Part shown: positions 16,383 to 24,908 of the stretch, piece after piece
Layout: each line of letters starts with the position of its first letter
Position numbering within the stretch: position 1 is the stretch's first letter
DNA from: Burkholderiales bacterium
Lineage (GTDB): Bacteria > Pseudomonadota > Gammaproteobacteria > Burkholderiales > Burkholderiaceae_C
Direction: 5' to 3'
Length of the DNA stretch: 32,000 bases
Assembly (NCBI GenBank): GCA_026400155.1
Contig: JAPLPO010000024.1
Span: 44,053 to 76,052 of the forward strand
Position numbers and translations under genes: made by a program
The notes under the pieces: model-generated
Databases searched by the model: none
Told to the model about the DNA's origin: nothing
What the model saw: only the letters and a program-made list of their open reading frames with translations

Positions 16383-16577
16383 ATGCGTATTGCTGAAATA
16401 ACACTTAAAACAATCAAATCAAAACCGCCACTGACATTACCGCAGGCACGCATACACGGATTGAAACAAAATGTTGAACGCAGCAAACAGCAACTCAACA
16501 CAGAACGCGATCTTCAACGCAGACAGCGTGACGCAGAACGCAAACGTAAAACGCAGCAACGTTTATCTTCGTTGTAA
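16383..16577 (+). CDS. Small basic hypothetical protein (64 aa)
   Basis: The ORF has an Arg/Lys/Gln-rich C-terminal half. It has no clear RBS. It is the last ORF before attR, a position where excision or regulatory factors are sometimes found, but I see no recognisable HTH. Confidence 0.35.
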   Translation: MRIAEITLKTIKSKPPLTLPQARIHGLKQNVERSKQQLNTERDLQRRQRDAERKRKTQQRLSSL

Positions 16578-16830
16578 CGCACATCGCTGCGTTTCTGTAC
16601 GCTCATTACGTTACTTAAATCTTCAAAAAACCGTCAAAAGCACGGGTATTTGTGGGAAAAACATAGTGTTTTACAAACCGAGTGGCACGGGGAAGGCAGG
16701 TATAGTGAAAATACTTTCGCACACGGTTGCTGCTTTTGTGTTGCGTTTCTACGTTGCGTTTGTCGCACACCACTTTGCGTTTACGTTTTTGAACTTTGAA
16801 TTTGAACGGTTCGCAGTTTGGAGAGGTGCG

Positions 16831-16875
16831 TTGAAAATCCGCGTGTCACTGGTTCGATTCCAGTCCAGGCCACCA
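16831..16875 (+). repeat. attR: 45-bp direct repeat (displaced 3' part of tRNA-Phe)
   Basis: It is identical to 10442-10486. The upstream sequence does not continue the tRNA (gtgcg|ttgaaaat versus gcgga|ttgaaaat). Confidence 0.95.
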
Positions 16876-16897
16876 GCCACCAATCAAAATAATGTCT

Positions 16898-16928
16898 GAG
16901 CCTCACTTCACAAGATTGAGGCTTTTTC
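16898..16928. terminator. Hairpin plus T-tract: likely the native tRNA-Phe terminator (may also serve the convergent TctC gene)
   Basis: Stem gagcctca/tgaggctt of 7-8 bp, an 11-nt loop, then ttttt. It lies 22 nt after attR. Confidence 0.6.
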
Positions 16929-16963
16929 ATCTGTAAATCCTTCAAGCAGCCTCGTCGACCCGT

Positions 16964-17968
16964 TCAGTCGAATTTGACGTTGTTCTCTCGCACAGTGCTC
17001 ACAAAGCCGTCGTACTGTAGTTTGAAGTAAGCGCTGAATTCAGCGGGGCTCATGCCGTAGCCTGAAAAGCCCTGACCCAACAACTGCTCACGCACATCAG
17101 AACGCGCCAGCGTGTTGCGCAATTCCAAGCTTAATTTTTCGCTAATGTCGGTACTCATTCCTGCTGGGCCAAAGAAACCCGCCCAAGGGGTGATGGTGAG
17201 CTTACCGATGCCCAGTTCGGCAGCTGTGGGTACATCGGGTAGCAACGGGCTGCGTTTGGGCAACAGCGTTACGAGCGATTTAACCTTGCCGTCCTTCACA
17301 AAAGACGGCGTCAACGTGCCAGTTGAGAACATCATCTGTATCTGCCCACCGACCAGATCGGTCATGGCCTGAGCATCGCCCTTGTAACGCACATTCACCA
17401 AGCGAATGTTGCGGGTGCTCAGTAACTGCAACATGGCCAGTTCGGCGGCACTGTTGCTTGAACCTGAGCTAAATTTGTCGGGCTGTGCGGCCACCAGATC
17501 GAGAAATTCCTTGAGGTTGTTGACCTTCAGGCTTGCGGGTACGGCCAAGAACATTGAGAACTCGCCTGCGGTACTCAGTGGGGTAAAGACCTTGAACGGG
17601 TCGTACGGCGGTGGGTTGCGAAGCACCGGAATGGCCACTGTGCCTGTGTTGGTGCCCATCATCAGCGTATAACCATCAGGCGCCGATTTCATGAGTTCCT
17701 GTGAGGCGATGATGCCCTCGGCACCAGGCTTGTTTTCCACCACAACTTGTTGGCCGAGTTGTGCGCTAAGTCCCTTGGCGATGATGCGCGCCATCACATC
17801 GGCAGCACCGCCCGGGGTAAAGCCCACAATCATGCGAAGGGGCTTGGCGGGATATGCCTGCGCTCGCAATACTGGGGATGCAAAAGCTGCCGTAGAAGCA
17901 GCGAGGGCCTGCACCACCTGACGGCGAGACAGTGCACCTGGGGAATGTTTGGGGGTGTCGTGTGTCAT
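16964..17968 (-). CDS. Bug/TctC-family tripartite tricarboxylate transporter substrate-binding protein
   Basis: It has a Tat/Sec-like signal (SRRQVVQALAASTAAFASP). Family-typical segments are YPAKPLRMIVGFTPGGAADVMARI, VVVENKPGA and VNVRYKGDAQAMTDLVGGQIQ. Confidence 0.9.
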   Translation of the reverse strand: MTHDTPKHSPGALSRRQVVQALAASTAAFASPVLRAQAYPAKPLRMIVGFTPGGAADVMARIIAKGLSAQLGQQVVVENKPGAEGIIASQELMKSAPDGYTLMMGTNTGTVAIPVLRNPPPYDPFKVFTPLSTAGEFSMFLAVPASLKVNNLKEFLDLVAAQPDKFSSGSSNSAAELAMLQLLSTRNIRLVNVRYKGDAQAMTDLVGGQIQMMFSTGTLTPSFVKDGKVKSLVTLLPKRSPLLPDVPTAAELGIGKLTITPWAGFFGPAGMSTDISEKLSLELRNTLARSDVREQLLGQGFSGYGMSPAEFSAYFKLQYDGFVSTVRENNVKFD

Positions 17969-19677
17969 GGTTTTATCTTCCTTGTGGTTGATTGAGGGCG
18001 AACCAGCACTGCGCCCTTTTGGAGCGATCCGACATTGCGGCGGTAGATCTGCAGCCAGCCGCGGTCAAACGCGGGAACGGCAGGTTGCCAAGCGGCTCGG
18101 CGCGCCGCCATCTCTTGTTCTGAGATTTCCAAATCGCAACGCCGAGTGTCTAGGTCTATGGAAACAGTGTCACCATCGCGCACCAATGCCAAGGGGCCGC
18201 CTAAGGCTGCTTCTGGCGACACCTCGGCTACCACCAGTCCCTTGCACACCAGCCCCGAGAGGTGCCCATCTGTCAGCAGTGCCACTTGGTCGCCTAGGCC
18301 TGCGCCATCGAGCGCGAACACCACACGCGAGGCCCCGCCACCCATGGCAGGCCCCCCGAAGGCTCCGGCACCTCGCATGATCACTACATGGCCTGGTTGA
18401 ATGCTTGCATTGCGGATGGCCTCAATGGCCGCATCTGAAGTTTCGAAGCAAATTGCCGGACCGCTGAAGCGTCGTGTCTTGCGCGGGGCAATACCCGCCT
18501 TGACGATACCGCTGTCGGGGCACATCGAACCGCGCAGCATCACAATTGCCGGTAGGGTTGCAAATGGTTGAGTGACGGGACGGATCACGTTGGGGTTGAG
18601 CACTTGAGCGTGCTCGAGGTTGCGCGCCAATGTTTGCCCGCTGACGGTCATGACCGAGGTATCCAAAATTTCTTGCAGTTGAAGCAGCACAGCACGGCAA
18701 CCACCGGCGGCCTCGAAAGACTCGATGGTGTCTTCACCCACAGGCCGCACACCAGCGATGACGGGCGTGGTGTCAGCCAGTTGCTCCAACATGCCGTAAA
18801 CATCCACGGACAATTCAGCTTCGGTAGCCACGGCCTGCAGATGCTTGATGCAATTGACAGAACCGCCCACGGCGAGCACGGCTCGCACGGCATTGGCGAA
18901 TGCGCCCTCGGTGAGAATATCGCGAGGTTTGAGGTCATCCCAAACCATCTGCACAATCCGTTGTCCGGCTGAACGCACATCGTCCATCATTTTGTCGCTC
19001 ATCGCTGCGACAGGCGCAGAGCCAGGCAAGGCCATGCCAAGGGCTTCGCAAACAATGTGCATTGAGTTGGCCGTCCCCATGCCCGAGCAAACGCCAGGGC
19101 TGCGAATGGCTTCACGACTCATACCCACCACGGTTTCGATATCAAGTTTGCCAGTCATGGCGTGCATGGCGCTGACAAATACTTCCTCGATGTCGCAATG
19201 GTGGCCCTTGTACTGGCCACTTGCCTGAAAGCCGCAGGGCACCATGAGGGTCGGTACGTTCAATCTAGCTGCCGCCATGAGTTGACCTGGCACTGTCTTG
19301 TCGCACGAAGTCAGGCAAATCATGCCGTCCAGCTGCGCGCCTTCGACGGCCACTTCGATGTCATTCGTGATGAGGTCGCGTGCTGCCAGCATATAAGCAC
19401 CGCGCGCACCGGCACCAGTGATGAAATCGCTGGGGGCAGCAGTTCTGATTTCCATTGGCACGGCCCCCGCATCGCGGATGGCTTGCTTGAGGACCTTGGC
19501 AACTTGATCAAGGTGGCTGTAACAGCTTGCCAGTTCGCTGCTGGAGTTGACCACCGCGATCTTGGGTTTTTCGCAGTCGTCTTCAGACAAGCCCATGGCC
19601 ATCCACTGCGCGTTGCGAACAGACCAGAGATACGAGCCCCTAGGAAAGTTGCTGCGCAGCTTGCGTGGGGTACTCAT
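17965..19677 (-). CDS. IlvD/Edd-family dehydratase (dihydroxy-acid/sugar-acid dehydratase-like)
   Basis: The 570-aa product has family-typical segments: KPKIAVVNSSSE, CDKTVPG, TDGHLSG and a C-terminal beta-domain. ATGA overlaps occur at both ends. Confidence 0.9.
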   Translation of the reverse strand: MSTPRKLRSNFPRGSYLWSVRNAQWMAMGLSEDDCEKPKIAVVNSSSELASCYSHLDQVAKVLKQAIRDAGAVPMEIRTAAPSDFITGAGARGAYMLAARDLITNDIEVAVEGAQLDGMICLTSCDKTVPGQLMAAARLNVPTLMVPCGFQASGQYKGHHCDIEEVFVSAMHAMTGKLDIETVVGMSREAIRSPGVCSGMGTANSMHIVCEALGMALPGSAPVAAMSDKMMDDVRSAGQRIVQMVWDDLKPRDILTEGAFANAVRAVLAVGGSVNCIKHLQAVATEAELSVDVYGMLEQLADTTPVIAGVRPVGEDTIESFEAAGGCRAVLLQLQEILDTSVMTVSGQTLARNLEHAQVLNPNVIRPVTQPFATLPAIVMLRGSMCPDSGIVKAGIAPRKTRRFSGPAICFETSDAAIEAIRNASIQPGHVVIMRGAGAFGGPAMGGGASRVVFALDGAGLGDQVALLTDGHLSGLVCKGLVVAEVSPEAALGGPLALVRDGDTVSIDLDTRRCDLEISEQEMAARRAAWQPAVPAFDRGWLQIYRRNVGSLQKGAVLVRPQSTTRKIKP

Positions 19678-20099
19678 GAGTGTCGGCCTCTTGTAATCGT
19701 GACGGTTCCGGTATCGGCATCCACGCGCACCCAGTCACCCGTCTGAATGAGATCTAGCGGGTCGCGATCGAAGCTGGTCATGGCCGGCGAATGGCTCACC
19801 ACTGTGCCTAAGGCCACCTTGGTACACATGTCGTTGAACAGCCAAGCGGCCGGCGCAGTGCCCATCACGCGAGCGGTGTGAAATTGCGCTGACCACCCGG
19901 ATGAGCCCTTAGCGCCTTGAAAAACCAAAACCTTGCCGGCAAAGGATTGGCCCCGCAACTCATGTCGTGTTTCGACAATGGTGCCAGTGCGCGGATCTAC
20001 GCCGCCCCAACCCGAGATGCGTTCACGCGTGACCAGTGCCTCGCCTTCGGCCACACCGGGCACCACACAACGACCCTTGAGAATGATGGTTTCGCTCAT
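19674..20099 (-). CDS. Aconitase X swivel-domain protein (DUF126; AcnX small subunit)
   Basis: GRCVVPGVAEGEALVTRERISGWGGVDPRTG...GQSFAGKVLVFQGAKGSSG is typical of DUF126. I chose the start at MSETI (20097-20099) because it forms an ATGA overlap with the upstream stop. The ORF track start is 20111. Confidence 0.85.
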   Translation of the reverse strand: MSETIILKGRCVVPGVAEGEALVTRERISGWGGVDPRTGTIVETRHELRGQSFAGKVLVFQGAKGSSGWSAQFHTARVMGTAPAAWLFNDMCTKVALGTVVSHSPAMTSFDRDPLDLIQTGDWVRVDADTGTVTITRGRHS

Positions 20100-21373
20100 G
20101 CGTTTCTCCAACGGCCAGTGCAGGCAGCCTCAATGCATTGAGCGGTACTGCCAAACCAAGCCTGCACGCCCAGAATTGCAGGTAGGTAATGCGCTTGCTT
20201 GACCGAATCCATGGCCACCACCCGCGTGCCCTTAGGCACAGCACGGCTCATGGCAGAGCAGCTGTCGGTCAAAATCAGGCCGCCCGCTTTTTCGATGGTT
20301 TCTGTATAACCATTACGATCGGCAAGCGACTTGATGGCATGCGGCGTGAAGATCCAAAGCGCGCAGTTCTCGTGAATTTTGCGACCTTCGAGCAGACATG
20401 CCGCTTCCCATATTTGCTCAATGGTGTAGTGCGGGCAGCCCAACATGACGTAATCGACTTGGGTGTCACGCCCCATCTCGTTGATGCGTGCCAGTGTTGC
20501 TGAACGCTCTGCGGGGCCATAGTGCCGCACATCTAATGGAGTGCGTCCACCAAAAGCTTGTTCAGCTGTGTTGGCCTCGGGCGTTACACCGGCCAAATGG
20601 AACAGTTCGACGCCGCCTGAAGACGAGGCCGCAGCGCCCATGTGCTTGAGCTTGGGAAGATTGGGCACCTGCCCCACGCCAGAGACAACAGCCACGCGGT
20701 TTTGTACCCATTCGCCCATCCAGTAACCCAAAAGACCCCAGTCTTCCACCGATTCAACTGGCATGTCCAGTTGGATGCCAAGTTCGCCACGACGGCCTTC
20801 GTCCAAATGAAAGCCCCAGAAAGGAATACGGCCAGTGACCATCGCTGCGTTGGCGCTTTCGCGCCCTTCGGTATTGGTGCGTGCTCCCAGCACTGAATTG
20901 CAATAGACCACGGCCGAGGATTCCATCCAGGCGCAGTGTTCGCCACGCGTTGGCACGTTGCCAACTTGGTAAGGCGTGCAGGTGTTCATGAGTTGCACAC
21001 CCATTCGCGCGGCCATGGCTTCGCTGCGGCGATAAAAAGCCACAACTTGTTCATCCACGCCCATGAGTTCAGGGTGGTGGGGATCGAAGCCCAGTTGCAG
21101 ATGCGAGCTAAAGGCTTTGACGCGAGGAACGGGCACCACTTCCTGTGAGTCAAGGTTGAATTCGCTGTAAACAGCATCGTCTCCGCCCTTGGCCATCGCA
21201 AAGTCGCGCAGGAACGGCGTGGTGGCAGTCACAGTGCCGCACACATTGCGAGTTTCTACAAAAGACTCCGCACCCAAGGCGTTGCCGTAGCGGATTAACA
21301 AATCCATGGCGCGGGCCACGGCGCGACCATCACGACCATCGCGCATGGCCTTTTCTTCATCAGTGAGTTTCAT
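20096..21373 (-). CDS. Aconitase X catalytic-domain protein (DUF521; AcnX large subunit)
   Basis: The N-terminus MKLTDEEKAMRDGRDG...AMDLLIRYGNALGAE and the 425-aa length are typical of DUF521. It is paired with the DUF126 gene downstream. Confidence 0.85.
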   Translation of the reverse strand: MKLTDEEKAMRDGRDGRAVARAMDLLIRYGNALGAESFVETRNVCGTVTATTPFLRDFAMAKGGDDAVYSEFNLDSQEVVPVPRVKAFSSHLQLGFDPHHPELMGVDEQVVAFYRRSEAMAARMGVQLMNTCTPYQVGNVPTRGEHCAWMESSAVVYCNSVLGARTNTEGRESANAAMVTGRIPFWGFHLDEGRRGELGIQLDMPVESVEDWGLLGYWMGEWVQNRVAVVSGVGQVPNLPKLKHMGAAASSSGGVELFHLAGVTPEANTAEQAFGGRTPLDVRHYGPAERSATLARINEMGRDTQVDYVMLGCPHYTIEQIWEAACLLEGRKIHENCALWIFTPHAIKSLADRNGYTETIEKAGGLILTDSCSAMSRAVPKGTRVVAMDSVKQAHYLPAILGVQAWFGSTAQCIEAACTGRWRNA

Positions 21374-22203
21374 TCGATGTCTCCGGGAATCATGGCTTCC
21401 CCGCCAGTGGCTTTGGCCAGTGTGCGCGCGAGCTTTTGCAATTCAGGTGTGATCTGCTGACGCAGTCGGGCTTCGTCAAAAACATGCGCTGGGCCACCGC
21501 AGTTAAGCACAAGCAACTCACCGTCAGGGCCGCGCACGGCAATGGCTGCTGAGTTGATCTCGCTGTGAAACTGACCCATCGAGAGACAAACCCCAGTGGA
21601 CGACCAGTCTTTCTGTGACTGCGTGAAAGACTCTTCGAGGGCAGGCCATTCATTTCCGCGCATCAAGCGAAGCGATTCGACCAAGGGCGCGCGTGCTTCA
21701 GGGCCCAGTGCACAAAGGTAGGTACGTCCAAGGGCAGAGTTTGCCAATGGCACACGCGAACCCACACTCAGCCGCGCGGTGAACATGCGCGATCGCGGAC
21801 GACAGGCCTCGATCAGCACCATCTCCATGCCATCGCATACTGCCAGATAGACCGAGCCGCCGGTGACGTCAGCCAAAGCCTGCATAGGTTCTCGAGCGCT
21901 GGCGCGGGCGTCGTAACCCGACAAGAAGGCACGGGCCAGTACCAGCGCACCCGCACCCAATGTAAAGCGTTCGGTTTCGGCGTCTTGGCGAAGCCAGCCG
22001 TTGTGAGCCAGCGTAGCGGCCAAACGAGTCACGGTGGGGCGTGGAATGCCCGTCAGGCGTGCAAGCTCGGTGCTGCTCAAGCTAAGCTGACCTTCTCGAA
22101 AGCAGGCCAGAACTTGTAAGCCGCGGTCGAGCGCGCTGACGGTATCGGCAACGACGCCTGCACGCGCCAAAGGAGGGACTGTGGCCAAAGTTTCCATGGA
22201 CAT
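21370..22203 (-). CDS. IclR-family transcriptional regulator
   Basis: It has an N-terminal wHTH (LDRGLQVLACF...LSSTELARLTGIPRPTVTRLAATL) and a C-terminal effector domain. An ATGA overlap links it to the downstream AcnX gene. Confidence 0.9.
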   Translation of the reverse strand: MSMETLATVPPLARAGVVADTVSALDRGLQVLACFREGQLSLSSTELARLTGIPRPTVTRLAATLAHNGWLRQDAETERFTLGAGALVLARAFLSGYDARASAREPMQALADVTGGSVYLAVCDGMEMVLIEACRPRSRMFTARLSVGSRVPLANSALGRTYLCALGPEARAPLVESLRLMRGNEWPALEESFTQSQKDWSSTGVCLSMGQFHSEINSAAIAVRGPDGELLVLNCGGPAHVFDEARLRQQITPELQKLARTLAKATGGEAMIPGDIE

Positions 22204-22209
22204 GCAACC

Positions 22210-23664
22210 TTAAGCGCTAGCTTCAGTGGCAACGCTTTTCAGTGTCTGCGCTGCCTGGGATTGCGGACGCAGGTACACGCCTTGTGCTAACAAGGCCTGC
22301 TGCAATTGGTGAATATCCACGTTGCGTGGCTGAACCTTGTTGGCAACCGCCAACGCTGCAGCCACACCAGCGGCCTGACCAGTGATCCAGCACTGTGGTA
22401 TCTCGCGCATGAACCCATGCGAATTGCGATCGCAAGAGATATGGCGTCCGCAAGCCAGCAAACCCTCGAGTCGGATGGGCACCAGTGCACCATAGGGAAT
22501 GGAAATGTTTGGAAACTTAGGAGAGACGGCAGGTGACACACCCACTTCGGTAGGCAGCGCTACGCCATCGGGCCACTGGCTGCGCAACACAGCTTCGACG
22601 CCCTTGAGCCGACGCGAATGTCGCACACCGATTTGTGGTGCCGACATCATTAGGAAAGCATTTTCGAAACCAGGTGCGTGTGCTTTGTAGTAATCCAAGT
22701 GCAAGGCCATTGCTCGATGCGAGCGTATTTCTACGGCCGTCAGATCGTCCACGTCAAGAGGCGAGTAGCCTGTCTGACGCGGCCCCATGAACAATGCAAC
22801 GTCGTTGCGCCAAGACACAAAGGGTCGATCGAACAAACCGCAGGTTCGTCGTCCTTGTTCCATGAAGGCAGTAAAGCGCTCGGGCTCGCCAGAACGAAAA
22901 GCTATCCAACGGTCCATATCAACCCCACCAAACATCCAGGAGGTGTTCATGCAGTGATGCACATCACCTTCTTCAATGTCGGTTTCGAAGTGCTCGCCGG
23001 CACGCGCGAACATATCGCCGTCGCCAGTGGCGTCCACTACCACGTCGGCAAGAATGGCCATGCGACCTTCCTTGCTCTCGAAGGCTACGCCGCAAACCTT
23101 GCCATCACGCATCAGCGGCGTGCAAGCCCAAGAGTGGTAAACCAGCTTCACGCCGCGTTCCAACAGAATATCCTGAGAAAGAAGTTTCAGCCGTTCTGGG
23201 TCGATAGTGGGTGACCATGTCACCACGCCGTGGTATGCCGCTGTGCGAAATGACCAGTGGTGAGCCTTTGCTGCTTCCTGAGAACCCCAATCCTGACGAT
23301 CGGGCCCTGCCACAGCGTCCTCAGGCAGACGGTTAAAGATTTCTTCCGCAAAACCTCGGATCACCAACTGACCCGACCAGTCACTCATGCGGTCGATCCA
23401 AATGACCAGGCCCCCCGTCGACAGCCCGCCCAGATGGTTATAGCGTTCTAGCAAGACAACGTCGGCACCCTCACGCGCTGCCGCTGCCGCTGCCGCAGTG
23501 CCAGAAGGTCCGCCGCCAACCACCAACACCTGGCAACGTCTGTAAATGGGAATTTGGCGCGCGCCCTCTTCCCAGACCCCCAAGTTTTCGCGGACTTCCT
23601 TCGTTTCGCGTTCAAACACGTCCGCTGTCAGGATGCGCTCGTCAGTGCGGGTGATGACTTTCAT
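22210..23664 (-). CDS. FAD-dependent oxidoreductase
   Basis: The dinucleotide-binding motif is VLVVGGGPSGTAAAAAAAREGADVVLLE. The product is 484 aa and the gene is first in the minus-strand operon. Confidence 0.85.
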   Translation of the reverse strand: MKVITRTDERILTADVFERETKEVRENLGVWEEGARQIPIYRRCQVLVVGGGPSGTAAAAAAAREGADVVLLERYNHLGGLSTGGLVIWIDRMSDWSGQLVIRGFAEEIFNRLPEDAVAGPDRQDWGSQEAAKAHHWSFRTAAYHGVVTWSPTIDPERLKLLSQDILLERGVKLVYHSWACTPLMRDGKVCGVAFESKEGRMAILADVVVDATGDGDMFARAGEHFETDIEEGDVHHCMNTSWMFGGVDMDRWIAFRSGEPERFTAFMEQGRRTCGLFDRPFVSWRNDVALFMGPRQTGYSPLDVDDLTAVEIRSHRAMALHLDYYKAHAPGFENAFLMMSAPQIGVRHSRRLKGVEAVLRSQWPDGVALPTEVGVSPAVSPKFPNISIPYGALVPIRLEGLLACGRHISCDRNSHGFMREIPQCWITGQAAGVAAALAVANKVQPRNVDIHQLQQALLAQGVYLRPQSQAAQTLKSVATEASA

Positions 23665-23805
23665 GCTGTTTTACCTTTGGTTATTGATTATTTTAAACTT
23701 ATCGTCCAAAATAAAACAAATAGAAGATGTAATTTTTCATTTTTACACTTTTAAAACGAAAAAAACTAGTTTTTTTGAGCATGATAACCATTTTAGGAGA
23801 TATCA

Positions 23806-24807
23806 GTGACCCAACATTTTAAAACCCGTCGCCAGCTGAACACCCTTCTTGGGGCCCTCAGTGCGGGAGCTTTACTCCCGCTGGCTGGCCAGGCCCAGTC
23901 TGTTTATCCACAGCCCGGACGACCCATCCGCCTCATCGTCGGTCTGGCTGCTGGCGGCTCTCTGGATGGACAAGCAAGGGTCATTGCCAAGCGGATCACC
24001 GAACTTTCTGGTGTGCAAGTGATCGTGGAAAACAAGCCGGGCGCCAGCATGGTGCTGTCAGCGATGGAGGTCATGCGGGCTGCGCCTGATGGTCAAACTC
24101 TGCTGTTTGCACCATCTTCTATATTTGCGCAGAATCCACACACCTTGCAAAACGTCACTTACGATCCGTTCAAGGATTTCACGCCAGTAACCCTGGCCAG
24201 CCGCGGACCGCTGGTGCTCACCGTGCACCAGTCGCTGCCTGCCAATAACGTTCAGGAGCTCATGGCCTGGGCTCGTGCCAATCCTGGCAAACTCAATTTC
24301 GCATCATTTGGCACCGGCACGTCCTCACACATTTTTGCGGCAGCGTTTGCCAAAGCAGCCAACATCGATGTGGTGCATGTACCCTATAAAGGCACTGCAG
24401 ATGCCGTGCGCGACCTGCTAGAAGGTCGAGTGCAAGCTTATTTTGATGCTGCCCCAACCGCCATTCAAAATTCGCGTACCGGCAAAATCCGCATGTTCGC
24501 CGTGGCCGCTCCCAATCGCTATGAAGCCATGCCCGATGTGCCCACGTTCACAGAGCAAGGCGTTCAAGGTCTTGACCTCACCAGCTGGATTGCCATCGTT
24601 GGTCCGGCTGGCATGTCTGCCGATGTGGTCAACAAGGCCAACGCACTGTTCCGCCAAGCCCTTGTCAGCCCTGAAGTCAAGGAAATCATTGCCCGTGGCG
24701 CCTACGAGGCTTCGCCCTCCACGCCCGCAGAATTGCGCCAGGAAATGCGTTCTGCCTACGACCGATGGGGTGAAATGATCAAGCAGATCGGTTTTCAGAA
24801 GCAGTAA
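23806..24807 (+). CDS. Bug/TctC-family substrate-binding protein
   Basis: The GTG start is preceded by AGGAGA. It has a signal peptide. Family-typical segments are RPIRLIVGLAAGGSLDGQARVIA, VIVENKPGAS and VHVPYKGTADAVRDLLEGRVQ. Confidence 0.9.
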   Translation: MTQHFKTRRQLNTLLGALSAGALLPLAGQAQSVYPQPGRPIRLIVGLAAGGSLDGQARVIAKRITELSGVQVIVENKPGASMVLSAMEVMRAAPDGQTLLFAPSSIFAQNPHTLQNVTYDPFKDFTPVTLASRGPLVLTVHQSLPANNVQELMAWARANPGKLNFASFGTGTSSHIFAAAFAKAANIDVVHVPYKGTADAVRDLLEGRVQAYFDAAPTAIQNSRTGKIRMFAVAAPNRYEAMPDVPTFTEQGVQGLDLTSWIAIVGPAGMSADVVNKANALFRQALVSPEVKEIIARGAYEASPSTPAELRQEMRSAYDRWGEMIKQIGFQKQ

Positions 24808-24908
24808 TTGCTTACGGTGTTTCACTTTGCGGTGCTATGCACTTGATGTCCGCAGTATTTAAAGAATCCCCTAAGATGTTGTAGGCAGCGACATCAAAGG
24901 AGTCATAC

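Larger units (their letters stand above)
10442..16875. mobile_element. Integrated genomic island (~6.4 kb) in the tRNA-Phe 3' end
   Basis: It is bounded by a perfect 45-bp direct repeat. A tyrosine integrase sits just inside the tRNA-proximal end. Composition and codon usage shift abruptly (third positions poor in C; GC roughly mid-40s % versus a richer host). The 4-mer palindrome depletion starts and stops at the repeats. Confidence 0.9.

Noticed and set aside
16741-16784. Three TTGCGTTT copies (16741, 16754, 16775), plus the inverse GTAAACGC at 10550-10557, as integrase arm-type sites.
   Set aside because: TGCGTT/AACGCA is strongly over-represented throughout the island, probably as a side-effect of the palindrome avoidance. 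The clustering may not be specific and would need a footprint or conservation data.
16471-16899. 142-aa plus-strand ORF running through the island's right arm and attR.
   Set aside because: It crosses the tRNA-derived att repeat and the island/host junction, overlaps orf64 in another frame, and has a junk-like composition.
24808-24908. An 8-bp stem (ttgatgtc/gacatcaa) with a ~40-nt loop ending just before the aminotransferase RBS, as a possible riboregulator.
   Set aside because: It is a single short helix with a large loop. It matches no known riboswitch class and has no terminator or anti-terminator alternative.
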